Below are positions 26,615 through 34,666 of a stretch of DNA of 64,000 nt, one piece after another. The stretch comes from an uncultured Brevinematales bacterium (GTDB lineage: Bacteria > Spirochaetota > Brevinematia > Brevinematales > JAOACQ01), in NCBI GenBank assembly GCA_964533855.1, contig CAZHNM010000011.1, forward strand, positions 6,293 to 70,292, given 5' to 3'. Numbering within the stretch: the first letter of the stretch is position 1; every line of letters starts with the position of its first letter. The notes under the pieces were generated by a model. The model saw nothing but the letters and a program-made list of their open reading frames with translations, was not told the DNA's origin and searched no databases. The position numbers and the translations under genes are program-made.

Positions 26615-29600
26615 ATGGAATTCAGATCAGGCGACGAATCTGCGGTTTATTCTATCAACACCCCGATGATGGTGGAAGCCCCGGCGGGGAGCGGTAAAAC
26701 GACACTGCTTGTGGATAAGTATATAGCTATGCTTATCTACCTGACTGCTTTCCGGAATAAAAGCGCCTTCGACGCCGTGAAGGAAATAACGGCCCTGACG
26801 TTTACCAGGAAGGCTGCTGAAGAAATGAAGGACAGGATAAGGAAAAAGATAGGGGAAAATTTTACTCCGGCCTACCTTGATTATGCCGTCGGTATGATAA
26901 ATATTCATGAAACGGGAGGCTCTCCCGTTCCGTCAGAACCGGCCGGCATGACGGCTGCAATTCTTGCGCAGAAGGAAACGCTTTCAGGCGCCATTTCTTC
27001 GGCTTCCATCTCGACAATCCACTCTTTCGCGTTAAATATACTCAAAACCCATCCCGTAGAAACCATGCTCGATCCTGCTTCGTCTCCCCGCGGCGAAGAA
27101 ATATCCGGCGGCGATGTTTTTATTACCGCCAGGGACGCCCTTTATTCCTCCCTGAGAAAGCAGATAGACACCGGCAGCCCCGATCTTTCGGCCCTTATCG
27201 GGATCTTAGGGTTTGAGAAAACGGAAGAAATGCTTGAAGCCCTTCTGGTGGCCTCCGATTCATACGGTTATAACGCCGTCATGGAGATGGCTGCCGCAGG
27301 AGGCTACCTCGAATATAAAGATGGAATAAGCGAACGGGAATGGCTGTCGAAAAAGGTGAAGCCTGAACTCATGTCCCTTCTTTCAGGCCTCGCGGCCGTG
27401 AGGCCTGACGTCGGTAAGACAGGTCTTCCCGCCCTTGAAAAGACTATACAGAAGATAGAATCCGCAATCCTGAAAGACAGCGCACCTGATTTTTTCCATG
27501 CCGATTTTTATTACCCCGGCCGGAGCGGACCGGTAAAAACGGTTTCGGATGCCCTTTACGCGAGGGTCTATTCGGAAATGCACAGGTACGTTTTCCAGCA
27601 CCTGTGGAAGGTGTTCCGGCATGTTTTGGCCGGATACGGGAACCTGAAGAGGGAAAGAAAGGAGATCAGCTTCAGCGATATAGAGCTCATCCTTCTCGAG
27701 ACGCTCAAGAAGGATAGGATTTTTACTGCGGACGTTAAAAAAAACAAGAGCTATATCCTGATCGATGAATACCAGGATACAAGCGATGTTCAAAAAGAGA
27801 TTTTCGATGCCCTGATCTATGATGAAAAAGGCGGATTATCAATGATCCCCTTTATAGTGGGCGACCCGAAACAGTCTATTTACGGATTCAGGAACGCCAA
27901 TATTGAGATATTCGGGAAGACGAAGCAGGAATTATTAAAATTCCGGGAAAAGTATCAAACTCCGGTTTACCGCGAACTTGACAGGAATTTCAGGTCAGGC
28001 AAAAAACTTCTTGATGATTTTAACGAGATATTCGCCGATGTTTTTAATAATGAAAAAACGGAATACAGGCCGTCCGTGACCGCGGGCCCGGCCTGCTGCA
28101 GCGCCGGTACTGCCGGGACTGGCAGCATGGGTCCGCAGGGCGTTTATTTTGTCCGTTCAGAAGAAAGCCATGCCGATGAAATGATGGCTTCCGCCAGCCG
28201 TAAGGCGGCCTGTATCATTGCCGGTCTCGTCGGTTCTCACGGATACAGGCCCGGAGAAATATTGGTGCTCGTCCGCAAGAAGACCAGGCTGCCCCTTCTC
28301 CGTGAATGCTTCGATGACATACTCGGCCGGAGAGGGATACCCTATTTTCATGTCGACAGTTCGAACATCCTCGATACAAAGGAAATACAGGACATCATAA
28401 TATACCTCCAGGCCCTTGAAAACCCGCACAGCAATTATTATTTTCTTCCCCTCCTGAAGTCGCCGTTCTTCAGAAAGAGCGATCCTGAGATCATTTCCTT
28501 CCTGAGGGATGGCCAGAGCCTTTACGATGTTCTCAATTCAGCCGGAGCTTCAGCCGAAATGGATCTCTTCAACCGTATAAGGCTGAAAAAGAACCGCATC
28601 AGCATTTCCGACCTCGCCGGAGAAATAATCGAGAGAAGCGGGTATTTCTCGTTTTTAAGCTCCCTTCCTTGTAAAAAAGAGGCTACCACGAACGTTCTTG
28701 TCTTTACCGATTACCTGCGCAGATTGCAGGAAATGGAGATGTTCAATCTCACCGATCTTCTTTATTACATTCAGGAATACGGCGTGTCTCTTTCGAAGCC
28801 CCGGGTAATAGGCGAAAAAAGCGATGTCGTCAGGGTAATGACAGTCCATTCTTCAAAGGGCCTTGAATCGAGGGCTGTTATCTATCTTGCTTCATCTCCC
28901 GGCGAAGGTGATCCCGGCGCTGTAATATTTTCGGGGAGCGGATCGAAAGCCGGGATGGGAATGAAACTTGTTAAACCGGACACTAATTATTTCGCTCTTG
29001 CCGAAGATTTGAAGGATGCCGGGGCCAGGGAGGAAAAACGCCTTGCCTATGTTACTTTCACGAGGGCAAGGGAGCTCTTTTACTACATAGGCATTGACGG
29101 AAATGACGGATGGAAATCTTTTATCAATACAGACAAGGTCTTTGCCGCTAAAAGATGCGCTGTCATCGATGAGATCCTCCAGGATCCGGTCCTTCTCAAA
29201 GACGATAAAGAGACCGCCGTCCGGGCGGAAAAACAGTACAGGCTTCTCAAGAAAAAAACTGTTCAGGAGGATTATTCCTCCTTTCCGCGTGTTATAACTG
29301 TGACCCAGCTGCTCGATATGGAATTCCTTGAAAAAGCCTTCAAAATGAGATATATAGAAAAGTCCTTTCCAGTCGATGAAGCGCTCAGGGAGATAGCTTC
29401 TTCAGAAGAAATTACAGCCCGGGGAGCCGCCGCAGCCGAAGAAGGGACTTTTCTTCACAGGATATTTCAATCGGCTTCGAAAGAAAATTACAGGGAATTT
29501 ATTGACTCGGCCCTCTCTATGGAAAGCGGCGGGCTTGAAAAGGACAGGAATAAAATTATCGAAGCGGCAGGAAACTTTTACGGGAGCGGATTTTACAGCA

Positions 29601-29980
29601 AATATTACTGCGAAGGGTTCGAGCGCAAAACGGAATGGGAGATCAACTATAACTTCATGTTCGGGCAAAGGCCGGTCCTGATCAAGGCCGTGCTCGACCT
29701 GTACCTTCGGGGAAAGGATGGAGCGGGAATTATTGCCGATTTTAAGCTCAAATATAAGCCGGAGAGCGCGAGGTATGCAAGACAGCTCAACTATTACGCA
29801 TATTTTTTAAACGAGCTCGGCTATCCCGCAGACGAGCTTTATATTTACGATATCGGCGGGGGAGGGGAAGTCGCTGTTCCGAAAGAAACAGGTTCCATGG
29901 ATGAAATAATCCGTAAAAATCTCGAGCGCATCCGTGATGTTTACAAGATGTCTTTGTCCGGAAATATAATAACAATATAA
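26615..29980 (+). CDS. AddA-like UvrD/PcrA superfamily-1 helicase fused to a C-terminal PD-(D/E)xK nuclease
   Basis: Walker A APAGSGKTTL. SF1 motifs TFTRKAAEEM, ILIDEYQDTS, VGDPKQSIYGFRNA, VMTVHSSKGLE and YVTFTRARE. The C-terminal nuclease pattern is GTFLHRIFQ ... DLYLR...IIADFKLK ... QLNYYAYFL. 1121 aa. Confidence 0.85.
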   Translation: MEFRSGDESAVYSINTPMMVEAPAGSGKTTLLVDKYIAMLIYLTAFRNKSAFDAVKEITALTFTRKAAEEMKDRIRKKIGENFTPAYLDYAVGMINIHETGGSPVPSEPAGMTAAILAQKETLSGAISSASISTIHSFALNILKTHPVETMLDPASSPRGEEISGGDVFITARDALYSSLRKQIDTGSPDLSALIGILGFEKTEEMLEALLVASDSYGYNAVMEMAAAGGYLEYKDGISEREWLSKKVKPELMSLLSGLAAVRPDVGKTGLPALEKTIQKIESAILKDSAPDFFHADFYYPGRSGPVKTVSDALYARVYSEMHRYVFQHLWKVFRHVLAGYGNLKRERKEISFSDIELILLETLKKDRIFTADVKKNKSYILIDEYQDTSDVQKEIFDALIYDEKGGLSMIPFIVGDPKQSIYGFRNANIEIFGKTKQELLKFREKYQTPVYRELDRNFRSGKKLLDDFNEIFADVFNNEKTEYRPSVTAGPACCSAGTAGTGSMGPQGVYFVRSEESHADEMMASASRKAACIIAGLVGSHGYRPGEILVLVRKKTRLPLLRECFDDILGRRGIPYFHVDSSNILDTKEIQDIIIYLQALENPHSNYYFLPLLKSPFFRKSDPEIISFLRDGQSLYDVLNSAGASAEMDLFNRIRLKKNRISISDLAGEIIERSGYFSFLSSLPCKKEATTNVLVFTDYLRRLQEMEMFNLTDLLYYIQEYGVSLSKPRVIGEKSDVVRVMTVHSSKGLESRAVIYLASSPGEGDPGAVIFSGSGSKAGMGMKLVKPDTNYFALAEDLKDAGAREEKRLAYVTFTRARELFYYIGIDGNDGWKSFINTDKVFAAKRCAVIDEILQDPVLLKDDKETAVRAEKQYRLLKKKTVQEDYSSFPRVITVTQLLDMEFLEKAFKMRYIEKSFPVDEALREIASSEEITARGAAAAEEGTFLHRIFQSASKENYREFIDSALSMESGGLEKDRNKIIEAAGNFYGSGFYSKYYCEGFERKTEWEINYNFMFGQRPVLIKAVLDLYLRGKDGAGIIADFKLKYKPESARYARQLNYYAYFLNELGYPADELYIYDIGGGGEVAVPKETGSMDEIIRKNLERIRDVYKMSLSGNIITI

Positions 29981-29982
29981 TG

Positions 29983-30011
29983 TTGACAAAACGCCGTTTC
30001 GGATGTAAAAT
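29983..30011 (+). promoter_or_regulatory. Sigma70-type promoter between the helicase and the TrwB-like ATPase gene
   Basis: TTGACA (29983-88), 17-nt spacer, TAAAAT (30006-11), 20 nt upstream of ATG 30032. Confidence 0.55.
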
Positions 30012-30031
30012 TTCCTTATCCGGGGTGGCGT

Positions 30032-31369
30032 ATGGACAACAACGGGTTATTATACCGCGAACAATGGGTCAGGGGGACCCGTTTTATTTCCGAAGATGAT
30101 TACAATGAGCGTGTCCGGAGGGATATGAAAGCTTCAGGCCTGAAGGAACGCGCATTAATGATAGGCAGCTGCATGCTTGCCGCCGCCGCCGAGACCGAAC
30201 ATGTCTTTATAATCGGAAAACCCGGGGTCGGAAAATCCGTTCTCGCTTATTCCATAGTCGAACAGCTCATCGATAACGGAAGGAAAGCTGTGGTCTACGA
30301 TTTCAAAGGAGATTTCCTCTCGAAATTTTACGATGAAAAACATGACCTGATTTTTAATCCCCTCGACGAACGTTCTTTAAAATGGAACATAATCGATGAA
30401 ATCACCGGCGCAGGGGACTGCCTGAAAGTTTCCGCCGCCGCCAAAAGGATCTGCCATTCTCTCATACCGGAACCGCCCGAGGGAGGGAATGAAAAATTCT
30501 TCCGAGACGGGGCAAGGGCCGTTCTCAAGAGCATTTTTGAATATCTGATAAATAATTCTTCCCCGGAAGGATCCGGCAACAGGGGCCTGCTGGACCTGAT
30601 AAGCTCCCGGGCCGATGATTTGCTGCCGATAGTAATGTCTGTAAGCCCGATAGCCGCCAATTTCATTTCAATGCCCGGCTCAAACCAGACGGCTGGAGTG
30701 CTCGCTGTATTGTCCCAGTTTACGGAATCCCTTTTATGCATGAATTATCAGGATGGAAATTTCACGGTAAAAGACTGGATTTGCGACGGGAAACCCGGGA
30801 TTTTATATGTGACGGGCTTCGCCGACGTCAGGGACACCCTGAGGCCGGTCCTGTCCCTGCTCATCGATACGATCGCCTCCAGTCTTTTATCGCTGCCGGA
30901 TTCCCTGGACAGGAGGCTGTTTTTTATTCTTGACGAATTCGCAACCCTCCAGCGGCTCAATTCCCTGGTGGAATTGCTGACCCTTTCCAGGTCCAAGGGT
31001 GGGTCTGTCTGGCTGGCTACGCAGGATCTTTCACAGGTTGAGAATTTATACGGGACCCTGAAGAATTCCATAGTAAATGCCTGCGGGACAAAGGTTATTT
31101 TCGCAGTGGCCGATCCGAAAGACGCCGGGGAGTTTTCGGATTTCATATCCGAGGCCGAGTATCTTCTCGAAACGGTGCAGGACAGCGGAACGCCGGTAAA
31201 GGGCGGAGGCATATCGGACACCGACGGGCTGTCGAGGAACTACAGCAGGACTCTTGTTACAAAAAACGTCGTGCTCCCCTCGAATATAATGAATATGCCG
31301 AAATTCGGCTTTATTTTGAGGTCTTACCCTTATTCTTTCGTCAAATCGGGCTTGAGGCCGCCCCCGTGA
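30032..31369 (+). CDS. TrwB/TraD/VirD4-like (type IV coupling protein family, FtsK-HerA superfamily) ATPase lacking the N-terminal TM anchor
   Basis: VRGTRFIS...ETEHVFIIGKPGVGKSV (Walker A at 30215-30238), then VVYDFKGDFLSKFYDEKHDLIFNPLDERSLKWNI (TrwB_AAD_bind-like), and Walker B/sensor region RRLFFILDEFATLQRLNSLVELLTLSRSKGGSVWLATQDLSQVENLYG. No hydrophobic N-terminus. Confidence 0.7.
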   Translation: MDNNGLLYREQWVRGTRFISEDDYNERVRRDMKASGLKERALMIGSCMLAAAAETEHVFIIGKPGVGKSVLAYSIVEQLIDNGRKAVVYDFKGDFLSKFYDEKHDLIFNPLDERSLKWNIIDEITGAGDCLKVSAAAKRICHSLIPEPPEGGNEKFFRDGARAVLKSIFEYLINNSSPEGSGNRGLLDLISSRADDLLPIVMSVSPIAANFISMPGSNQTAGVLAVLSQFTESLLCMNYQDGNFTVKDWICDGKPGILYVTGFADVRDTLRPVLSLLIDTIASSLLSLPDSLDRRLFFILDEFATLQRLNSLVELLTLSRSKGGSVWLATQDLSQVENLYGTLKNSIVNACGTKVIFAVADPKDAGEFSDFISEAEYLLETVQDSGTPVKGGGISDTDGLSRNYSRTLVTKNVVLPSNIMNMPKFGFILRSYPYSFVKSGLRPPP

Positions 31370-32298
31370 AAATGCTGCATGCCATGACTTATTTCATTGA
31401 TAAGGCCGGCGCCGCCATCCATATATCCGGCGCAATTTATCTGGATCTGCTGAACAGGTCAATCCTTGCCGCCGTATCGGCAGCCATTTTTCTGTTTATC
31501 CAGAATTTCCAGTCGATAATGCGCAGAATGATGAGGAACACCCTCGACAGCTACCGTTATTCCGGGCTTCTCGCCTTCAAGGCCGTCTGGGATGAAATAG
31601 AAAATAAAACGGAAAGAGGGAAGCTCGGCCAGTATGCTCTCATCTGCATGGCAATAGATATTTTTGCGAGTTTCTCTCTCTTCCCGGTTTTAAGCACGGC
31701 GGGCGCATTCATGGCTGCGCCTTTCTTTTCCCTCTCCGCTTTCGCGATAGAGCTTCACCTGGTCTTTTCCTGGTTCTACAACAGCAAGCCTTTTCCCGTG
31801 GAAAGGAACAAAAACATCTCGAGGCCTGTTCTTGCCGTATTTTCCTTATCCTGCGCATTGTCAATAACTGTCTCAGGATGTTTTTACTTTAGCGAAGTCA
31901 AACGGCTGCCATGGCTTGAATACGGGCTTATTCTTGCGATAGTCAGCGCGGCGCTAACTCTTGTCTTGCTTTCGGGCTCCCTGTTCAATCCCGGAAGGGG
32001 GCTCAGGTTTGTAAAAAGAATAAATTTCGGCTTCGCGGTATCTTTTTATATCGTACCGGGCTTAACGGGTTTTCTTATGACGAATTCTTTGATTTTTGCA
32101 CGGGTTTTTATCCCGGCAGACAGGGTCTTGCATGAATTCATCAAAATACCTGAAATTATGCTGCCTGTCATATCGGTCTTGATGATAATGCTCTATAACG
32201 CATCGGGCAGCTACCTCGGGCACAGGCTTGTCGCGGCGGCGCCCTCCCGGGTTAAAACCTCCGAAGATCCGGCGGATCCGTTCAGGGGGAGCGAATAA
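31366..32298 (+). CDS. Polytopic membrane protein of unknown function, translationally coupled to the TrwB-like ATPase
   Basis: GTG start overlaps the ATPase TGA (GTGA at 31366-31369). 310 aa with about 7-8 hydrophobic helices. No recognisable family motif. Confidence 0.6.
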   Translation: MKMLHAMTYFIDKAGAAIHISGAIYLDLLNRSILAAVSAAIFLFIQNFQSIMRRMMRNTLDSYRYSGLLAFKAVWDEIENKTERGKLGQYALICMAIDIFASFSLFPVLSTAGAFMAAPFFSLSAFAIELHLVFSWFYNSKPFPVERNKNISRPVLAVFSLSCALSITVSGCFYFSEVKRLPWLEYGLILAIVSAALTLVLLSGSLFNPGRGLRFVKRINFGFAVSFYIVPGLTGFLMTNSLIFARVFIPADRVLHEFIKIPEIMLPVISVLMIMLYNASGSYLGHRLVAAAPSRVKTSEDPADPFRGSE

Positions 32299-32316
32299 GC
32301 GGTTTTAATGTCAGCC

Positions 32317-32368
32317 GGTAAAATCCAACTTTTCGGCGGATTTACAATCATGATATTTTTTGTATAAT
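32317..32368 (+). promoter_or_regulatory. Promoter plus operator-like inverted repeat (copy 1 of a shared element)
   Basis: AAATCC (32321-26)-N11-GGATTT (32338-43) overlaps the -35 TTTACA (32341-46). 16-nt spacer, then TATAAT (32363-68). 33/36 nt identical to 35660-35695. Confidence 0.6.
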
Positions 32369-32403
32369 ATCTTGCATTTTAAAACATAGAGGGCGGTGAT
32401 CGG

Positions 32404-33042
32404 ATGTCCTTAAGCAACGGATGGATTGTATATACCGATTGGACAAAACCTGCGGGACGGTTTATAAAACGATTCGCGACAACATGGATTGTTCCCCCTC
32501 CGCCGTTAAAAAAATCGGGCCAAAAAGTTTATCTTTTCAATGGAATTCAAAGCCCTGATAATATGATCTTACAGCCGGTGCTTCAGTGGGGAAATTCTGC
32601 TGTCGGAGGCGGTGATTTCTGGTCGGTCTCATGCTGGTACGCCGGCGGAGGCGGAGGGCCGGCAAATTACTCCAGGCTTGTGCCTGTAAATTCTTCACAA
32701 TCTCTCACGGGAGTCATCGAATTAGTTGATTGCGACAATATCGGGTTTTCCCCTGTTTTCAGCTATATGTGTTCTTTCGAAGGAATCGACGATACTAAAT
32801 TGATAAAGAATAGGATTCAAGAACTATCATTATGTTATGAAGTTCTTGAAGCATACGGATTGCAGGCTAAGGATAATTATCCTGCTTCTGATAAAACCGT
32901 CATGGGAGGCATTGAAATAATGCTTGACAACGGCGAAGCGGTTTTAAACTGGAAGGTGAATAATCGCATAACCGATTGCGGCCAGCATATTGATGTTGTA
33001 AGTAATAATTCACCTGGCGGCGAGGTTGATATATTTTATTGA
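32404..33042 (+). CDS. Leaderless eqolisin (peptidase G1)-like beta-sandwich protein
   Basis: Its pattern parallels scytalidoglutamic-peptidase-type proteins: SNGW..., ATTWIVPPPP (cf. sAtw.VP), VYLFNGIQ...MILQPVLQWG (cf. WVGIDG...ILQTG with the catalytic Gln), WSVSCWY, and CYEVLEAY...YP...V (cf. AEWIVED with the catalytic Glu). This is motif-level only. Confidence 0.4.
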   Translation: MSLSNGWIVYTDWTKPAGRFIKRFATTWIVPPPPLKKSGQKVYLFNGIQSPDNMILQPVLQWGNSAVGGGDFWSVSCWYAGGGGGPANYSRLVPVNSSQSLTGVIELVDCDNIGFSPVFSYMCSFEGIDDTKLIKNRIQELSLCYEVLEAYGLQAKDNYPASDKTVMGGIEIMLDNGEAVLNWKVNNRITDCGQHIDVVSNNSPGGEVDIFY

Positions 33043-33081
33043 AAACCGATGAAAACCATAAATATATCGGGAGGTATTTTT

Positions 33082-33582
33082 ATGAAAAGGTTATTGTCCG
33101 CTATGTTTTTAGTTGCATTTCTTTTTGGTATCGCAGGATCTTTCTACGGCATTCTGAACAGCGACAGTTCTCCCTTGATCCCCAATCCAAGCATACCTGC
33201 CGCCGCTCCGATAATTACCGTTCCCGTGCTTGATACCTCTTTAGGATTGGTAGGCCTTTCATATCTTCCTAATGTGAATGGAAGTCCTCAATTTTTCCCC
33301 AATTTCGGGCCTTTCTTCAGGTTATCCAGGAACTTTATCGGTTACCAGCAGTCGGACGGTAGCTGGAAATCTTATGTCGATATCGGGTGTATATTATTTG
33401 CCGACGGAACATCAAATCCGGCTATAAGCCAGGATACCATATACAATCTGGGCGCGGGTATCGGACTGGGCTTCCTTGACGATGCCGTTACGGTTTCCTT
33501 CGCTTTTATCTGGCTTTTTAATGGAAGCGTCAATATTCCCGCTTATTCTATTATCATAACCAGCACAGCATATAAATTTTAG
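33082..33582 (+). CDS. Small secreted, possibly outer-membrane beta-barrel-like protein
   Basis: Signal peptide MKRLLSAMFLVAFLFGIAGSFYG (internal ATG 33082). Alternating hydrophobic pattern and a C-terminal aromatic residue (TSTAYKF). Confidence 0.45.
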   Translation: MKRLLSAMFLVAFLFGIAGSFYGILNSDSSPLIPNPSIPAAAPIITVPVLDTSLGLVGLSYLPNVNGSPQFFPNFGPFFRLSRNFIGYQQSDGSWKSYVDIGCILFADGTSNPAISQDTIYNLGAGIGLGFLDDAVTVSFAFIWLFNGSVNIPAYSIIITSTAYKF

Positions 33583-33596
33583 CGGGGGGGTGAAAT

Positions 33597-34472
33597 ATGT
33601 TCGGATCCGTAATTCTTGAAATCGCGATCGGGGTAATTTTTATTTATCTGGCGCTAAGCCTGCTCTGCACTGCTATTAACGAAGGAATATCGGGCTTCTT
33701 TTCAATGAGGTCCAGGACTTTAAGCATTTGGCTGGAGAATTTTCTGGGCGACAGAGATTTAATTGCTAATTTCTACAATAACCCGCTTATCAGAAACCTT
33801 GTGCAAAAACCCGGCAAAAAACCGTCCTATATCCCTTCGAGTATCTTTTCGGCGACAATTTTAGATAATATCCTTAAAGTATATACCACGATTCCCGGCG
33901 TTACAGCCGACCTGGTAAATGCAATCGCAACATCTCCCATTCCTCAGAATCTTAAAGATACTCTTAGCACGCTTGCCAGGACCGCCGAGAATAAAATCGA
34001 AAACCTTAAAACAAGCCTTGAAAAATATTTCGACGACGCAATGGACAGGGTTTCAGGCTGGTATAAAAGGTATGTGAATAATATCATACTTGCAATTTCA
34101 ATAGTTATTTGCGGATCGATGAATATCGATACGATCGATATGGTAAAGGAACTAAGCAGCAATTCTAATATGCGCATTGCCTTATCGAGTTATGCGGTCC
34201 AGTCAGTGAGTACGGTGACAAATCAAAGCCAGGCTGTCGGACCGGTTTTGGATGTAATAAACGGCGTTGTTACAAATACTCAAATTCCATTCGGCTGGAA
34301 TAATTTATCAGCTGAAATACCGGCTAGATCGAACAATGAATGCTGGCTCTGGATTGAAAAAATTCTAGGCATCATCGTTTCGGCGATTGCCGTTTCGTTA
34401 GGCTCGCCGTTCTGGTTCAATATGCTGGAGCAGGCGATCAAATTAGCCGGTATCGAACCTAAAAAGGCTTAA
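33597..34472 (+). CDS. Integral membrane protein of unknown function
   Basis: 291 aa. N-terminal TM (VILEIAIGVIFIYLALSLLCTAI), central TM (IILAISIVICGSM) and C-terminal TM (ILGIIVSAIAVSLGSPFWF). GGGGG-rich RBS region upstream. Confidence 0.55.
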   Translation: MFGSVILEIAIGVIFIYLALSLLCTAINEGISGFFSMRSRTLSIWLENFLGDRDLIANFYNNPLIRNLVQKPGKKPSYIPSSIFSATILDNILKVYTTIPGVTADLVNAIATSPIPQNLKDTLSTLARTAENKIENLKTSLEKYFDDAMDRVSGWYKRYVNNIILAISIVICGSMNIDTIDMVKELSSNSNMRIALSSYAVQSVSTVTNQSQAVGPVLDVINGVVTNTQIPFGWNNLSAEIPARSNNECWLWIEKILGIIVSAIAVSLGSPFWFNMLEQAIKLAGIEPKKA

Positions 34473-34491
34473 AAAGACATAAGGAGTTTTT

Positions 34492-34578
34492 ATGCCGGAA
34501 ATTAAATTCTGGACTCTGAACGCCTCGGCACGGTGCATGACTGGCGGAACGGGTAATTTGTATAACCCTCAAAAGTAA
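34492..34578 (+). CDS. Candidate 28-aa small ORF (MPEIKFWTLNASARCMTGGTGNLYNPQK)
   Basis: Found by hand. Strong TAAGGAG RBS (34480-86) lies 5 nt before ATG 34492, 19 nt after the preceding stop. There is no homology evidence. Confidence 0.25.
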   Translation: MPEIKFWTLNASARCMTGGTGNLYNPQK

Positions 34579-34666
34579 AACAAGTTACAATTCTGATGAT
34601 CAAACACCGAAAATAACTTAGGGTAAGAGCAACCGCGGTCCTTTTTGAAATTACCCCGAGGGCATT

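Noticed and set aside
26615-34472. Integrative conjugative element or conjugative-plasmid remnant, suggested by the TraD/TrwB-like ATPase.
   Set aside because: No relaxase, VirB4/TraC ATPase, pilin, T4SS channel genes, integrase, tRNA attachment site or flanking direct repeats are visible in the window. The 36-bp repeats at 32317 and 35660 look like promoters/operators rather than att sites, since each carries -35/-10 boxes in front of genes.
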